From: Abditibacteriaceae bacterium | Lineage (GTDB): Bacteria > Armatimonadota > Abditibacteriia > Abditibacteriales > Abditibacteriaceae | DNA: 25,564 nt | Reading direction: 5' to 3' | Assembly: GCA_031372065.1 (NCBI GenBank) | Contig: JANMKN010000264.1 | Span: 1 to 25,564, forward strand | Shown: positions 1-7,552 of the stretch, piece after piece | Numbering within the stretch: the stretch's first letter is position 1 | Layout of the letters: every line of letters begins with the position of its first letter | The notes under the pieces: model-generated | Seen by the model: only the letters and a program-made list of their open reading frames with translations | Told to the model about the DNA's origin: nothing | Database searches by the model: none | Translations under genes and position numbers: made by a program

Positions 1-1
1 T

Positions 2-1828
2 TTACACCGTCAGCGTGCCAAAGGCGTTATAGATGCCGCCGCCCAGGCCGCCTGGTCCGCCGCCGGTATTGGAGTTGTTGCTGAGGCTGCTGTTTTCCAC
101 CGTCAGCGTGCCGGAGTTGGAGTTATAGATACCGGCGCCGCCGTTGCCGCTGCCGGTATTGGAGTTGTTGCTGAGGGTGCAGTTTCCCACCGTCAGCGTG
201 CCGGAGTTAGAGATGCCGCCGCCGCCGCTGGAACGGCCGTTGCTGATCGTCAGGCCGCTGATGGAAACGGTTTTCCCGCTACCCACGGTGAAGATGCGGA
301 AGTCGGGCGTGCCGTTCACGCTGCTACGCGTGACCGTCAGCAAATTGGCGCCGGGGCCGGTGATGGTGACATTCTCGCTCAGGTCGTTCAGTGCGCTGCC
401 GAGTGAGATGATTTGCGCGGTGTCGAAGAGCGGCGAGGCAAAGGTGATGGCGTCGGGCGTGGCGCCGTTGGGATGCGCGTTGGCGTAGGCAATCGCTTCG
501 CGCAAGGAGGTCAGGCCATCGGTGTTGGTTGAGTTATCAATGTCCGTGGTGACAATTAACGAGGGAACTTCGTTGATGGTGATGTTAAAAGTGCCCGCTA
601 CGCTGCCGCCTTGACCGTCAGCGGCGCTGAAATCGAAGCTGTCGCTGCCCAAAGTGCTGCCCGCTGTGAAAGTGAGCAGATTGTTGTCAATGTCGGTCTG
701 TGTGAACGTGTCGTTGACCGCCAAAGCTGTGCCGTTGAGTTTCAGCGTGCCTTTGGTCGGTGCCGTAGACAGCGTATAAGTAATCGGGTTGTTATCAGCG
801 TCGGTGACTTTGAGTTTGGTGTTGTCAATCGTCGCGGTGCTGTTGGCGCCAAGCGTCAAGCCGGTGTTAGTGGCTACGACAGGCACGTTGTTAGTTGCGG
901 GCGCATAGCTTAAAACAATTCGCCCATTGCCGCCGTTTCCATTTGTCACCCCGCCGGTGCCAATCCCTGCGAGATAGTTCGCGTCTGTATTGCCGCCCGG
1001 TGTATCCGCCGCTCCCCCTGCGCTACCACCCGATGCAGTGAGGTTGGCAAGAAACGACGAGCCGCCGCCGCCGCCGGCACCAGAGTCAAAACCACTACTA
1101 CCGCCACCGCCACCGCCGCCGAAGTAACCACCGCCGCCGCCGCCGCCGCCATAAAAATTTCCACCGCCGCCGCCTGTGAGCATACTCCCTGCGGTGCCTG
1201 CGGTGCCTGCATTACCTCCAGCTCCCGAAGGCGCACCACCCGCACCACCGCTTGTCTGTGTTCCACCGCCGCCGCCGCCTACAGGTGTCCCCGTGTTATC
1301 GAAATCAGTTCCATTGGCACCGGATGAGCCTGCCGTCAGACCTCCGGCACCACCCGGAATATTTGCAAGATTCGGGGAAGTTTCACAACTGCTACCACCG
1401 CCGCCTCCGCTGGCTGTGACCAATTCGGTCGAGGCTCGACGAATTGCGGAGCGCCCTCCTCCTGAGCCACCAAACGCACCGGCACCACCACCGCCGTAGG
1501 TCGCAGAGTTACTAACATTCCCTCCACCACCGACGACCAAAGCGAGCATTTCACCCGGCGTAACTGCCAGTGTGCCAGTGACAAAGGCGCCGCCACCGCC
1601 CTTACCGCCAGCGTCAAGACCGGCAACTCCGCCAGCACCGCCAGCGCCCCAAAGTTTCACGGTGAGGGAGGTGATTCCTGCGGGCACCGTAAAACTCTGG
1701 TCGCTCCCGGTGTAACTAAACGTAGAGGAGGTAGCGCCACCGCCACTGAACGCAAAGGCACTTGAGGCCATCAACGGCAGCAACAACATCATTAAGGCGC
1801 GGCACGACTTTTTCATTTGCATTTTCAT
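2..1828 (-). CDS. Large secreted/surface protein, 3'-truncated by the window: signal peptide, glycine-rich domain, cadherin-like domain, CSLREA-like segment, then PMP-type beta-helix repeats
   Basis: ATG at 1828 with an upstream AAGGGA SD; signal peptide ending ASSAFA; 'TFSYTGSDQSFTVPAGITSLTVKLWGAGG' followed by poly-Gly tracts; 'PVVATNTGLTL..LKVTDADNNPITYTLSTAPTKGTL..FTQTDID' (cadherin-like); 'DGLTSLREAIAYAN'; repeated 'GGGI(S/Y)NxGTLTV..SLSNN'. No stop codon in the window. Confidence 0.85.
   Translation of the reverse strand: MKMQMKKSCRALMMLLLPLMASSAFAFSGGGATSSTFSYTGSDQSFTVPAGITSLTVKLWGAGGAGGVAGLDAGGKGGGGAFVTGTLAVTPGEMLALVVGGGGNVSNSATYGGGGAGAFGGSGGGRSAIRRASTELVTASGGGGGSSCETSPNLANIPGGAGGLTAGSSGANGTDFDNTGTPVGGGGGGTQTSGGAGGAPSGAGGNAGTAGTAGSMLTGGGGGNFYGGGGGGGGYFGGGGGGGSSGFDSGAGGGGGSSFLANLTASGGSAGGAADTPGGNTDANYLAGIGTGGVTNGNGGNGRIVLSYAPATNNVPVVATNTGLTLGANSTATIDNTKLKVTDADNNPITYTLSTAPTKGTLKLNGTALAVNDTFTQTDIDNNLLTFTAGSTLGSDSFDFSAADGQGGSVAGTFNITINEVPSLIVTTDIDNSTNTDGLTSLREAIAYANAHPNGATPDAITFASPLFDTAQIISLGSALNDLSENVTITGPGANLLTVTRSSVNGTPDFRIFTVGSGKTVSISGLTISNGRSSGGGGISNSGTLTVGNCTLSNNSNTGSGNGGAGIYNSNSGTLTVENSSLSNNSNTGGGPGGLGGGIYNAFGTLTV
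5..208. repeat. Intragenic ~90-bp direct repeats encoding beta-helix coils
   Basis: CACCGTCAGCGTGCC at 5, 98 and 188; GCCGGTATTGGAGTTGTTGCTGAGG at 62-86 and 152-176. Confidence 0.85.
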
Positions 1829-1970
1829 TATAATTTCCCTTCGTGGCGACAAGGCAAGACTTATCACCACTTAAAACAAACGACGCTTGCGCTCTTTGAG
1901 CGTGGCAGCATGTCCGGTATTCTCAAAGAGGGAATAACTTTTCCCCGGTATTATCGTCAAGATTGCAACA

Positions 1971-1979
1971 ATTATAGCA
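1971..1979 (-). promoter_or_regulatory. Extended -10 promoter element (TGCTATAAT) for the surface-protein gene
   Basis: The minus strand reads TGCTATAAT, a perfect TGn+TATAAT, in an AT-rich stretch ~140 bp upstream of the ATG at 1828. Confidence 0.6.
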
Positions 1980-2019
1980 TAAAATTTCGCCTGATTGTTA
2001 ATGGGATATTTGATCGCGG

Positions 2020-2191
2020 AACCCCATCCCCGGCCTCCTGCCCACCTTCGGCGGGCGCCCGCCTTGAAACGGCAAAGGGGAAGGGAGAACCACGCGCCTA
2101 CGCCCCGAAAAAGTAATAATGAATTCGGAGCAATACCGCTAAGACACCCTTCCCCTTTGCCGTTTCAAGGGGAAGGGCCGGGGATGGGGTT
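2020..2191. repeat. Palindromic (REP/MITE-like) inverted-repeat element 1
   Basis: Perfect 16-bp outer IR AACCCCATCCCCGGCC (2020-2035 / 2176-2191) and perfect 24-bp inner IR CCTTGAAACGGCAAAGGGGAAGGG (2062-2085 / 2147-2170). The left arm carries an extra hairpin at 2036-2061. Confidence 0.85.
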
Positions 2192-2194
2192 TTC

Positions 2195-2249
2195 AGGACG
2201 CGCTGTAATGTGTCCTCGGCATATCGGACACGCCATAGCGTGTCCCTAC
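2195..2249 (-). repeat. GTAG-type REP sequence with a degenerate partner (REP doublet)
   Basis: Minus strand 2249-2226 reads GTAG-GGACACGC-TATG-GCGTGTCC (GTAG tetranucleotide plus a perfect 8-bp stem). A decayed copy AGGACGCGCTGTAATGTGTCCT lies at 2195-2216. Confidence 0.7.
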
Positions 2250-2250
2250 A

Positions 2251-2376
2251 GGCTTAATCATCGCTTACTATGCCTTAATCATTGCTTGCACAGGTATAAT
2301 CATGGCTTTGCAAGGCTTAATCAACACTTTGGGAGGCTTAATCATCGCTTGGCGAAGCTTAATCAGCATGATGGTG
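2251..2376. repeat. 21-bp tandem array, 6 imperfect units, conserved core TAATCA (consensus GGCTTAATCATCGCTT.....)
   Basis: Units start at 2251, 2272, 2293, 2314, 2335 and 2356: GGCTTAATCATCGCTTACTAT, GCCTTAATCATTGCTTGCACA, GGTATAATCATGGCTTTGCAA, GGCTTAATCAACACTTTGGGA, GGCTTAATCATCGCTTGGCGA, AGCTTAATCAGCATGATGGTG. Confidence 0.9.
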
Positions 2377-2388
2377 CCTTAGTAAGCG

Positions 2389-2417
2389 TTGATTAATGCA
2401 GTCCAAGCAGTTATAAT
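2389..2417 (+). promoter_or_regulatory. sigma70-type promoter TTGATT-17bp-TATAAT for the 2439..3407 gene
   Basis: TTGATT at 2389-2394, TATAAT at 2412-2417, an exact 17-bp spacer, AGGGAG SD at 2427-2432 and ATG at 2439. Confidence 0.7.
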
Positions 2418-2438
2418 GGTATCTACAGGGAGATTCTT

Positions 2439-3407
2439 ATGCCTATCACTTCGATTGCCTCTTATGACCCGACCACTGAAGCGTTTCTTATCAACTGGAA
2501 TCAGGCCAATTCTGAGCTTGGCGCAGCGCCTTTGACCTTAGCTGGTGACTACAGCATCGCCGACTTCACGGCAGATCGCACCAGCATGATCCAAAGCATG
2601 AACCAAGTCACTTTGGACGCCTCCACTTCGCGCGACCGTGCCGCCGACCGCGATGTGGGCAAGTTTAATCTACTGCAAAGGCACAAACAGTTTCGCGGCG
2701 TCGTCTTGGGAAAGATTACTGCGCCCGATTATCTCAAGGTTTTGCCCGCTTCTCCGCGTCCCGGCGGCGATAAAAGCAAGTTTATCGATCCCCTGCGCGC
2801 TGCCGCAAACCTTTGGACGCGCATCAATACCAACGCCACTGCGCTGGGCTTAAGCGCGCCTCTCACTTTGGCCGGCGGCTACACTTTGGCGCAGTTTCAA
2901 ACCGACATCACTGCTCTTAGCGACGCCTACGAAGCCTCCATGCAAGCCGACGAAAGCACCGGCTTCGCCCGCAGCACGCGCGACACTAATCTCGCGGCGA
3001 TTTATGAGCGCATGAAGCAATATCGAGCCATCGTGCCGGGTCTTTTGCCCAAAACCAGCCCCGCGAGACAGAATCTGCCGCGCCTTTCTCCTCTTGCGGG
3101 CACAAAACCACAGGCCGTCGCTGTGAGCGGCTCGTGGGATAACGTCCTTAATCAAGCGCGTTTACAGTGGAGCGCTTCGGGCGCGGCGAATTTACTGAAA
3201 CTTCAGGTGCGCGGCTGCACTGGCAGCACTTACAGACCCTCGGAAGAAAGCGTTGTCGCTGATCTGCCCATTGATGCCACGCAATTCGAGACCAATTGGG
3301 GTCTTACCGCGCCCGGTAGCAAGGCCACTTTCAAGGTTTATGTGATGAACACCACCGGCAACGAAAACGGCGGCAAAGCCGTGAAGATTGTCAGGCCGTT
3401 TACATAA
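2439..3407 (+). CDS. Hypothetical protein (322 aa): two tandem ~100-aa helical repeats plus a C-terminal FN3-like beta domain, no signal peptide
   Basis: Has its own promoter and SD. Internal duplication W..N..LG..PLTLAG.Y..A.F..D...RD...R.KQ(F/Y)R..V.G...LP..SP occurs twice. The C-terminus 'ARLQWSAS...PGSKATFKVYVMNTTGNE' resembles FN3. Confidence 0.85.
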   Translation: MPITSIASYDPTTEAFLINWNQANSELGAAPLTLAGDYSIADFTADRTSMIQSMNQVTLDASTSRDRAADRDVGKFNLLQRHKQFRGVVLGKITAPDYLKVLPASPRPGGDKSKFIDPLRAAANLWTRINTNATALGLSAPLTLAGGYTLAQFQTDITALSDAYEASMQADESTGFARSTRDTNLAAIYERMKQYRAIVPGLLPKTSPARQNLPRLSPLAGTKPQAVAVSGSWDNVLNQARLQWSASGAANLLKLQVRGCTGSTYRPSEESVVADLPIDATQFETNWGLTAPGSKATFKVYVMNTTGNENGGKAVKIVRPFT

Positions 3408-3431
3408 GTGGAAAGAGCGATTTTATCTCTT

Positions 3432-3597
3432 GTCCCCTCACCCAACCACTGCCCAGAGGGCACCCGCCCAACCGCTGCGCTGGGGAGAGGAGTATTGTTC
3501 GCAAGTGCATCTGCGTGTTTGAAGACGCGCAAGGGCGTAATAGTCAGGTTCTCCTCTCCCCAGCGCAGCGATTGGGGGAGAGGCCGGGTGAGGGGAC
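3432..3597. repeat. Palindromic (REP/MITE-like) inverted-repeat element 2
   Basis: 12-bp outer IR GTCCCCTCACCC (3432-3443 / 3586-3597) and 20-bp inner IR CGCTGCGCTGGGGAGAGGAG (3473-3492 / 3551-3570). The left arm is interrupted by a hairpin at 3449-3466. Same architecture as element 1. Confidence 0.85.
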
Positions 3598-3676
3598 GAG
3601 CGATGAAATCGCTCTTGGCTTTGTTGAAGCCACCCAATGCCGCTTTGAAGCGATGCGCAGGGTAAATGAAGACAAC

Positions 3677-3711
3677 AAAAAGCCCCGCGTCCACGAGGAC
3701 GCGGGGCTTTT
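3677..3711. terminator. Bidirectional intrinsic terminator
   Basis: AAAAAGCCCCGCGTCC-ACGA-GGACGCGGGGCTTTT, a perfect GC stem with A/T tails between convergent genes. Confidence 0.9.
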
Positions 3712-3721
3712 GAGGGGCCAT

Positions 3722-4816
3722 TTAAGCCGCGACTTGCTTCTTGGCGTTCTTGCGCACGCGGTCTATGGCAGCGTTGTCGAGGGCTTTTTCAAAAGAGCGG
3801 AATCCGGCGAGTTTAAAGCCGTGCTTGGCGGCGATTTGGCCGATGCGTTCGACTTGTTCGACAGTCAAATCGCGGCCTAAGGTGTAGGGCGCGTAAGTGC
3901 CTTCGAGCGCCATCAAAATAGTCTCGCTCATGCAGGCGTAGGCGGTTTTGTCGGGAAAACCAAAGGTGAAATTGAAGTTCACAGGGCCGGGAATTTCGAT
4001 AACGCCACCTTCGATGACCAATACATCGTGACGCTTTTCCGTCACGCTCTTGCTGACATCGCGCGGACGCGCTACGTCGCAGACAACAGCGCCGCTCTTA
4101 AGGTCTTCGGGGAATATCACGGCGTCTACAGCGCTGGAGACGGCCAAAATTAAGTCGGCCTTGTGCAGCGCAGTTTTGACTTCGGTGGTGTATAAAACCT
4201 GCGCGCGGCAATTGGGCGTGTTCTGCACTTTAAGACGTAGTTCGTCGAGCTTTTCGGGGTTGCGCCCTGCCAAAACAATCGCGGCCACTTTGGGCGCCAA
4301 AAGCTGCGCGCACACCGCGCCAATGGCGCCAGTCGCGCCAATGATGGCGACTTTGGCATTGGGCACGTCGGTTTCCATCAATTCGGCGGCCTTGAGCAGA
4401 CCTTCTATGGCCGTGTAAACCGTATACGAGTTGCCGCTCGTCACACTAATCACGCCGTCCAGTTTGCGGGCAACGGTCAGGCCCGCATCGCCGACCACGG
4501 ACGTAAAAGCGCCTAAGCCGACGATTTTGGCGCCGAGTTCGGCCCCCAAACGGCCTGTGTCGGCGATCTTTTCATAAACGAAATCGAGCGGCAGCTTTAA
4601 TTGTTGGTCAGGACTGAGGGGGCAGCCGACAAACCAGCCTTCGGCTTTGGCACCAGTCGGCGATTCGATGCCGGTGATGTGGCTCATGACCTTCGGCGAG
4701 ATGCGCTTGGCAATCTCTTCGACGGCCAGCAGCGGAAGATATTTAAGGATGGGATATTTACGCGCTGCATCGCGCTTTAAATCCATCGGATGAATGATAA
4801 AAGCGAACTTGTTCAT
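3722..4816 (-). CDS. Acyl-ACP reductase (AAR)-like fatty-aldehyde-forming NAD(P)-dependent reductase (shikimate-DH-like Rossmann domain)
   Basis: Motifs are colinear with cyanobacterial AAR: FAFIIHP, SPTG, GLGAFTS, TSGNSYT, Rossmann GATGAIG, DVARPRD, IEGGVIE, the catalytic-Cys region AYACMSETILMALEG, YTLGR and KHGF. Confidence 0.8.
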   Translation of the reverse strand: MNKFAFIIHPMDLKRDAARKYPILKYLPLLAVEEIAKRISPKVMSHITGIESPTGAKAEGWFVGCPLSPDQQLKLPLDFVYEKIADTGRLGAELGAKIVGLGAFTSVVGDAGLTVARKLDGVISVTSGNSYTVYTAIEGLLKAAELMETDVPNAKVAIIGATGAIGAVCAQLLAPKVAAIVLAGRNPEKLDELRLKVQNTPNCRAQVLYTTEVKTALHKADLILAVSSAVDAVIFPEDLKSGAVVCDVARPRDVSKSVTEKRHDVLVIEGGVIEIPGPVNFNFTFGFPDKTAYACMSETILMALEGTYAPYTLGRDLTVEQVERIGQIAAKHGFKLAGFRSFEKALDNAAIDRVRKNAKKQVAA

Positions 4817-4905
4817 AGCTGTTAGCGATTAGCTGTGAGCTGTTAGCGTCGAAGCCTTATGAAAACACCCAAAGCTAATCGCTAATCGCTAACAGCTAAC
4901 GGCTA
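4816..4905. repeat. Inverted pair of heptamer tandem arrays (STRR-like), unit TAGCTGT/TAGCGAT
   Basis: Left arm 4816-4847 TAGCTGT TAGCGAT TAGCTGT GAGCTGT TAGC; right arm 4874-4905 GCTAATC GCTAATC GCTAACA GCTAACG GCTA (reverse complement); 26-bp spacer. Confidence 0.9.
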
Positions 4906-5835
4906 TTAAAACTCCACTACCCTTGGTTGCCACGCGAGTTTTTCGAGCAGCGCCGCGTATTCTTGGGGCGAACGCGCGCCGAGCGCGGCAAAAACGCCTT
5001 CCATGACGTTGGTGCCGAAACTGCGTCCGCCGAACTCCGGCGTTGTGGTGATTAAACGCGACAAACCGCGCTCTTTTAACAGTTCCACATCGCTTTGCGT
5101 CGTCGTATTGGTCAAAATCGTTTTGCCGTCGAGACGCGGCGGCAAATAACGACGAATGAGCAGGAAATCACCGGCGATAATGTCGGCGGCTTCCATTTGT
5201 TTGCGATGCGGCGCGCTCTCCACGATGTCGTTTTGCTTGTCACCCGTCGGGTAGAGCATTTTAAATGGCAGTTTGGTGGCGATGGGCAAAACCAAAGCGC
5301 CCAAACGACGCACGGCGCGCAAAGTGTGAATCGGAAAATTCAAACCGAGGTTGAACAAGAAGTCGCCAAAGGTGCAATTGGCTCCGGCGCTGACCAATTC
5401 TTCGGCCATGCCAAAGCGATCAACCGCCGAAACGACCAGCACGTTTTTGTTGTGCCAATCAACCAAGCCTTCGCGTTGCAGACGCCGCACAGTTTCGCGT
5501 TCGAGGGTGTCTTTGAGGCCGCTGCCGTCTACCACAGGCGTAATCTTGGCGGCCTTTGCCAATTTTGCGGCATCGCGCATGATATAACGCTTCGCGCCAG
5601 CCACAACATACAAATCAATGCCGCCCAAACCAATCGCGGCGACTTTGCCGTCCAGTTCGGCAATCGTCTCGCGCGCCTTTTTGAGATCGCCGTCGGTGCC
5701 GCGACGTTCGATGGAAAACGCGCGTCCCAGTAAAGTCGTGTGGGCAATGTGATCGCGCTGCGCGCTGCCCAGCGAAACCGAAACCACACGCAAGGGCGAA
5801 CTCTGATTTTCTGAGGCGGTAAGTGCGCTGTCCAT
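4906..5835 (-). CDS. Conserved uncharacterised partner of the AAR-like gene (family I recall being auto-annotated 'quinate 5-dehydrogenase'; function unverified)
   Basis: 309-aa ORF with VVSVSLGS, DGKVAAIGLGGIDLY, PVVDGSGLK, SAVDRFGM, LYPTG, TNTTT and GRSFGTNVMEG; co-oriented and adjacent to the AAR-like gene. Confidence 0.75.
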   Translation of the reverse strand: MDSALTASENQSSPLRVVSVSLGSAQRDHIAHTTLLGRAFSIERRGTDGDLKKARETIAELDGKVAAIGLGGIDLYVVAGAKRYIMRDAAKLAKAAKITPVVDGSGLKDTLERETVRRLQREGLVDWHNKNVLVVSAVDRFGMAEELVSAGANCTFGDFLFNLGLNFPIHTLRAVRRLGALVLPIATKLPFKMLYPTGDKQNDIVESAPHRKQMEAADIIAGDFLLIRRYLPPRLDGKTILTNTTTQSDVELLKERGLSRLITTTPEFGGRSFGTNVMEGVFAALGARSPQEYAALLEKLAWQPRVVEF

Positions 5836-5842
5836 CGCGCCA

Positions 5843-5851
5843 AGTATAGCA
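5843..5851 (-). promoter_or_regulatory. Extended -10 element TGCTATACT, probably producing a leaderless mRNA
   Basis: The minus strand reads TGCTATACT-TGGCGCG-ATG, leaving only 7 nt between the -10 hexamer and the start at 5835, with no SD. Confidence 0.65.
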
Positions 5852-5958
5852 AGGCCGTTGCATTTCTTGAGAAAATATCCCTTGAGAATGGCCGAAAGAA
5901 GGACAACCTTCTAAACTGCGTAACACCCAAGCGCAATAATTATTATCGCTATTGAATC

Positions 5959-7509
5959 ATGGCCGCAGAGAACATTAACGAACGAGGCCGCTGGCCGTGG
6001 CAACGCACCAAGACGTCCACCGGAGCCACGGCGACATCTGGCGCCTACCGGGGCGCCGGTGATGCCGCCGATGCGCTGGAAAACCTGCCTGACCTTGAAC
6101 CTGTCTCGCATTCGCGCGATGCCGAAATGATTCTCGCGGTCTTTCGCACCGTGGTTTTGGGCGCTGCTTTAATCGGGCCGTTTATATTTTATCCCGGTTT
6201 TTCTTTGAGTTGGCAGGCCATCGCGTTGGCGGCCTTGGCCGGCATTTATAATATCGCAGTTGGCATTTCTTGCATCCGTCCCCAGCGCTTTGGCTTGCGC
6301 CGTTCCTTTATTGTGGCGATGGATTTGGCGTTAGTCACCTCGTGGATGCAGCTTGGCGAGAACTACCAGCTCTTTTCGTTTTATTACATCGTGGTTATCA
6401 TGGGCGGGCTGTGGTTTCGCGTCATGGGCGGCGCCATCACAGCGGCGTTTTGCAACTTTTTCTTTCTTTTCTTCTTGGTTCGTAGCGCCAACGATGCTGA
6501 TCTTGCGATCTCCACCGTCACCATTGGCCGCATTGCGCTGGATACTGGCTTATTATTTTTGGTTGGCTGTCTGGTCGGCTATATGTCCGAAGCGCAGGAA
6601 GTGGAGCGGCAGCGGCGTTTGGAAGATCAATTATTAATCGCCAACTATCAGCGCGAAATTGATCTTTCCACTCAACTTCAACCACTGCTTTTTTCCGCTG
6701 AAAACGGCGTATCAACTAATGGACGGCGCCTCGATGCCCATCTCGAAGTGGGCGTGGCGATGCAGGCGGCGCGCACTTTGGGCGGCGGCGATTACTTCGA
6801 TATTTTGCCTCTGCCGGGCGGCAAAACGGCGCTAATTATCGCGGATGTGGCAGGCAAAAGCGTGCGTGCCCAAGCGCGTTTGCCGTTGCTGAAATACGCC
6901 TTGCGCGCTTTGGCGCCGCTTTATCCTGAACCGGCGACGCTGATGGCACGCCTCAACGAAAATTTAGCGCCCGATTTGCAACGCGAGCTTTTTATCGCGC
7001 TTTGCTGCGTGGTTCTCGACCCACAACACCAAACCCTATCATGGTGCAACGCCGGGCACATCGCGCCCTTGCTTTTACCCAAAGCGATTAAAAGCGCCGA
7101 CGATGACGAAGAAACCGGGGCTGACCCGCCCATTTTTGCACTGGAAACTGATGGCCCGGCGCTGGGAATGTTTCCCGACACGCATTACGAAGCGCGCACG
7201 TTGCCGTGGCTGCCCGGCGATCAACTGATGCTGTTCACCGATGGCTTGGTAGACGCGTTTTCCTATGGCGGCACCGAAGACGGCGAAGCGCAAGTGCGGC
7301 ATTTGTGCGGGCATTTGGTGGCAAGGTCATCGAATCCGCGCGCCGAAACACAAAATCTGGTGGACATGGCAATCGCCGCGTTCGATGCCGCCACACCCTT
7401 TGCCGAACGTTTAACCTTGCCCAGCACGAATCTCGGCCCCAGCACCACTCCGATTACTTCCAATCGCGATGATGTAACCGTCGCCTTGGTGCGCCATCGC
7501 GAGCCATAA
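5959..7509 (+). CDS. Membrane-bound SpoIIE/RsbU-family PP2C Ser/Thr phosphatase
   Basis: About 6 N-terminal hydrophobic helices, a short coiled-coil-like linker, then PP2C motifs GGDYFD, IADVAGK, NAGH, FTDGL and DDVT. Confidence 0.9.
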   Translation: MAAENINERGRWPWQRTKTSTGATATSGAYRGAGDAADALENLPDLEPVSHSRDAEMILAVFRTVVLGAALIGPFIFYPGFSLSWQAIALAALAGIYNIAVGISCIRPQRFGLRRSFIVAMDLALVTSWMQLGENYQLFSFYYIVVIMGGLWFRVMGGAITAAFCNFFFLFFLVRSANDADLAISTVTIGRIALDTGLLFLVGCLVGYMSEAQEVERQRRLEDQLLIANYQREIDLSTQLQPLLFSAENGVSTNGRRLDAHLEVGVAMQAARTLGGGDYFDILPLPGGKTALIIADVAGKSVRAQARLPLLKYALRALAPLYPEPATLMARLNENLAPDLQRELFIALCCVVLDPQHQTLSWCNAGHIAPLLLPKAIKSADDDEETGADPPIFALETDGPALGMFPDTHYEARTLPWLPGDQLMLFTDGLVDAFSYGGTEDGEAQVRHLCGHLVARSSNPRAETQNLVDMAIAAFDAATPFAERLTLPSTNLGPSTTPITSNRDDVTVALVRHREP

Positions 7510-7552
7510 CCTAAAATGCGGTTTTGGTTGACGAACCGATAGACTGCATTTC

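Noticed and set aside
2251..2376. CRISPR or TIGR-like guide array
   Set aside because: Units are contiguous 21-mers with no unique spacers of guide length, and no cas or Nop-domain gene is recognisable in the window.
1995..2396. 133-aa ORF (also 1817..2116)
   Set aside because: It runs through a palindrome, a REP and a tandem array, with a non-ATG start and no SD. Openness is explained by the repeats.
3338..3880. ORFs 3338..3721, 3408..3665 and 3515..3880
   Set aside because: They span palindromic element 2 and the terminator or overlap real genes, and have no recognisable motifs.
3722..4816. aroE shikimate dehydrogenase, or a complete cyanobacterial alkane pathway
   Set aside because: It lacks the AroE SxSP and NTD motifs, and no ADO gene is adjacent.
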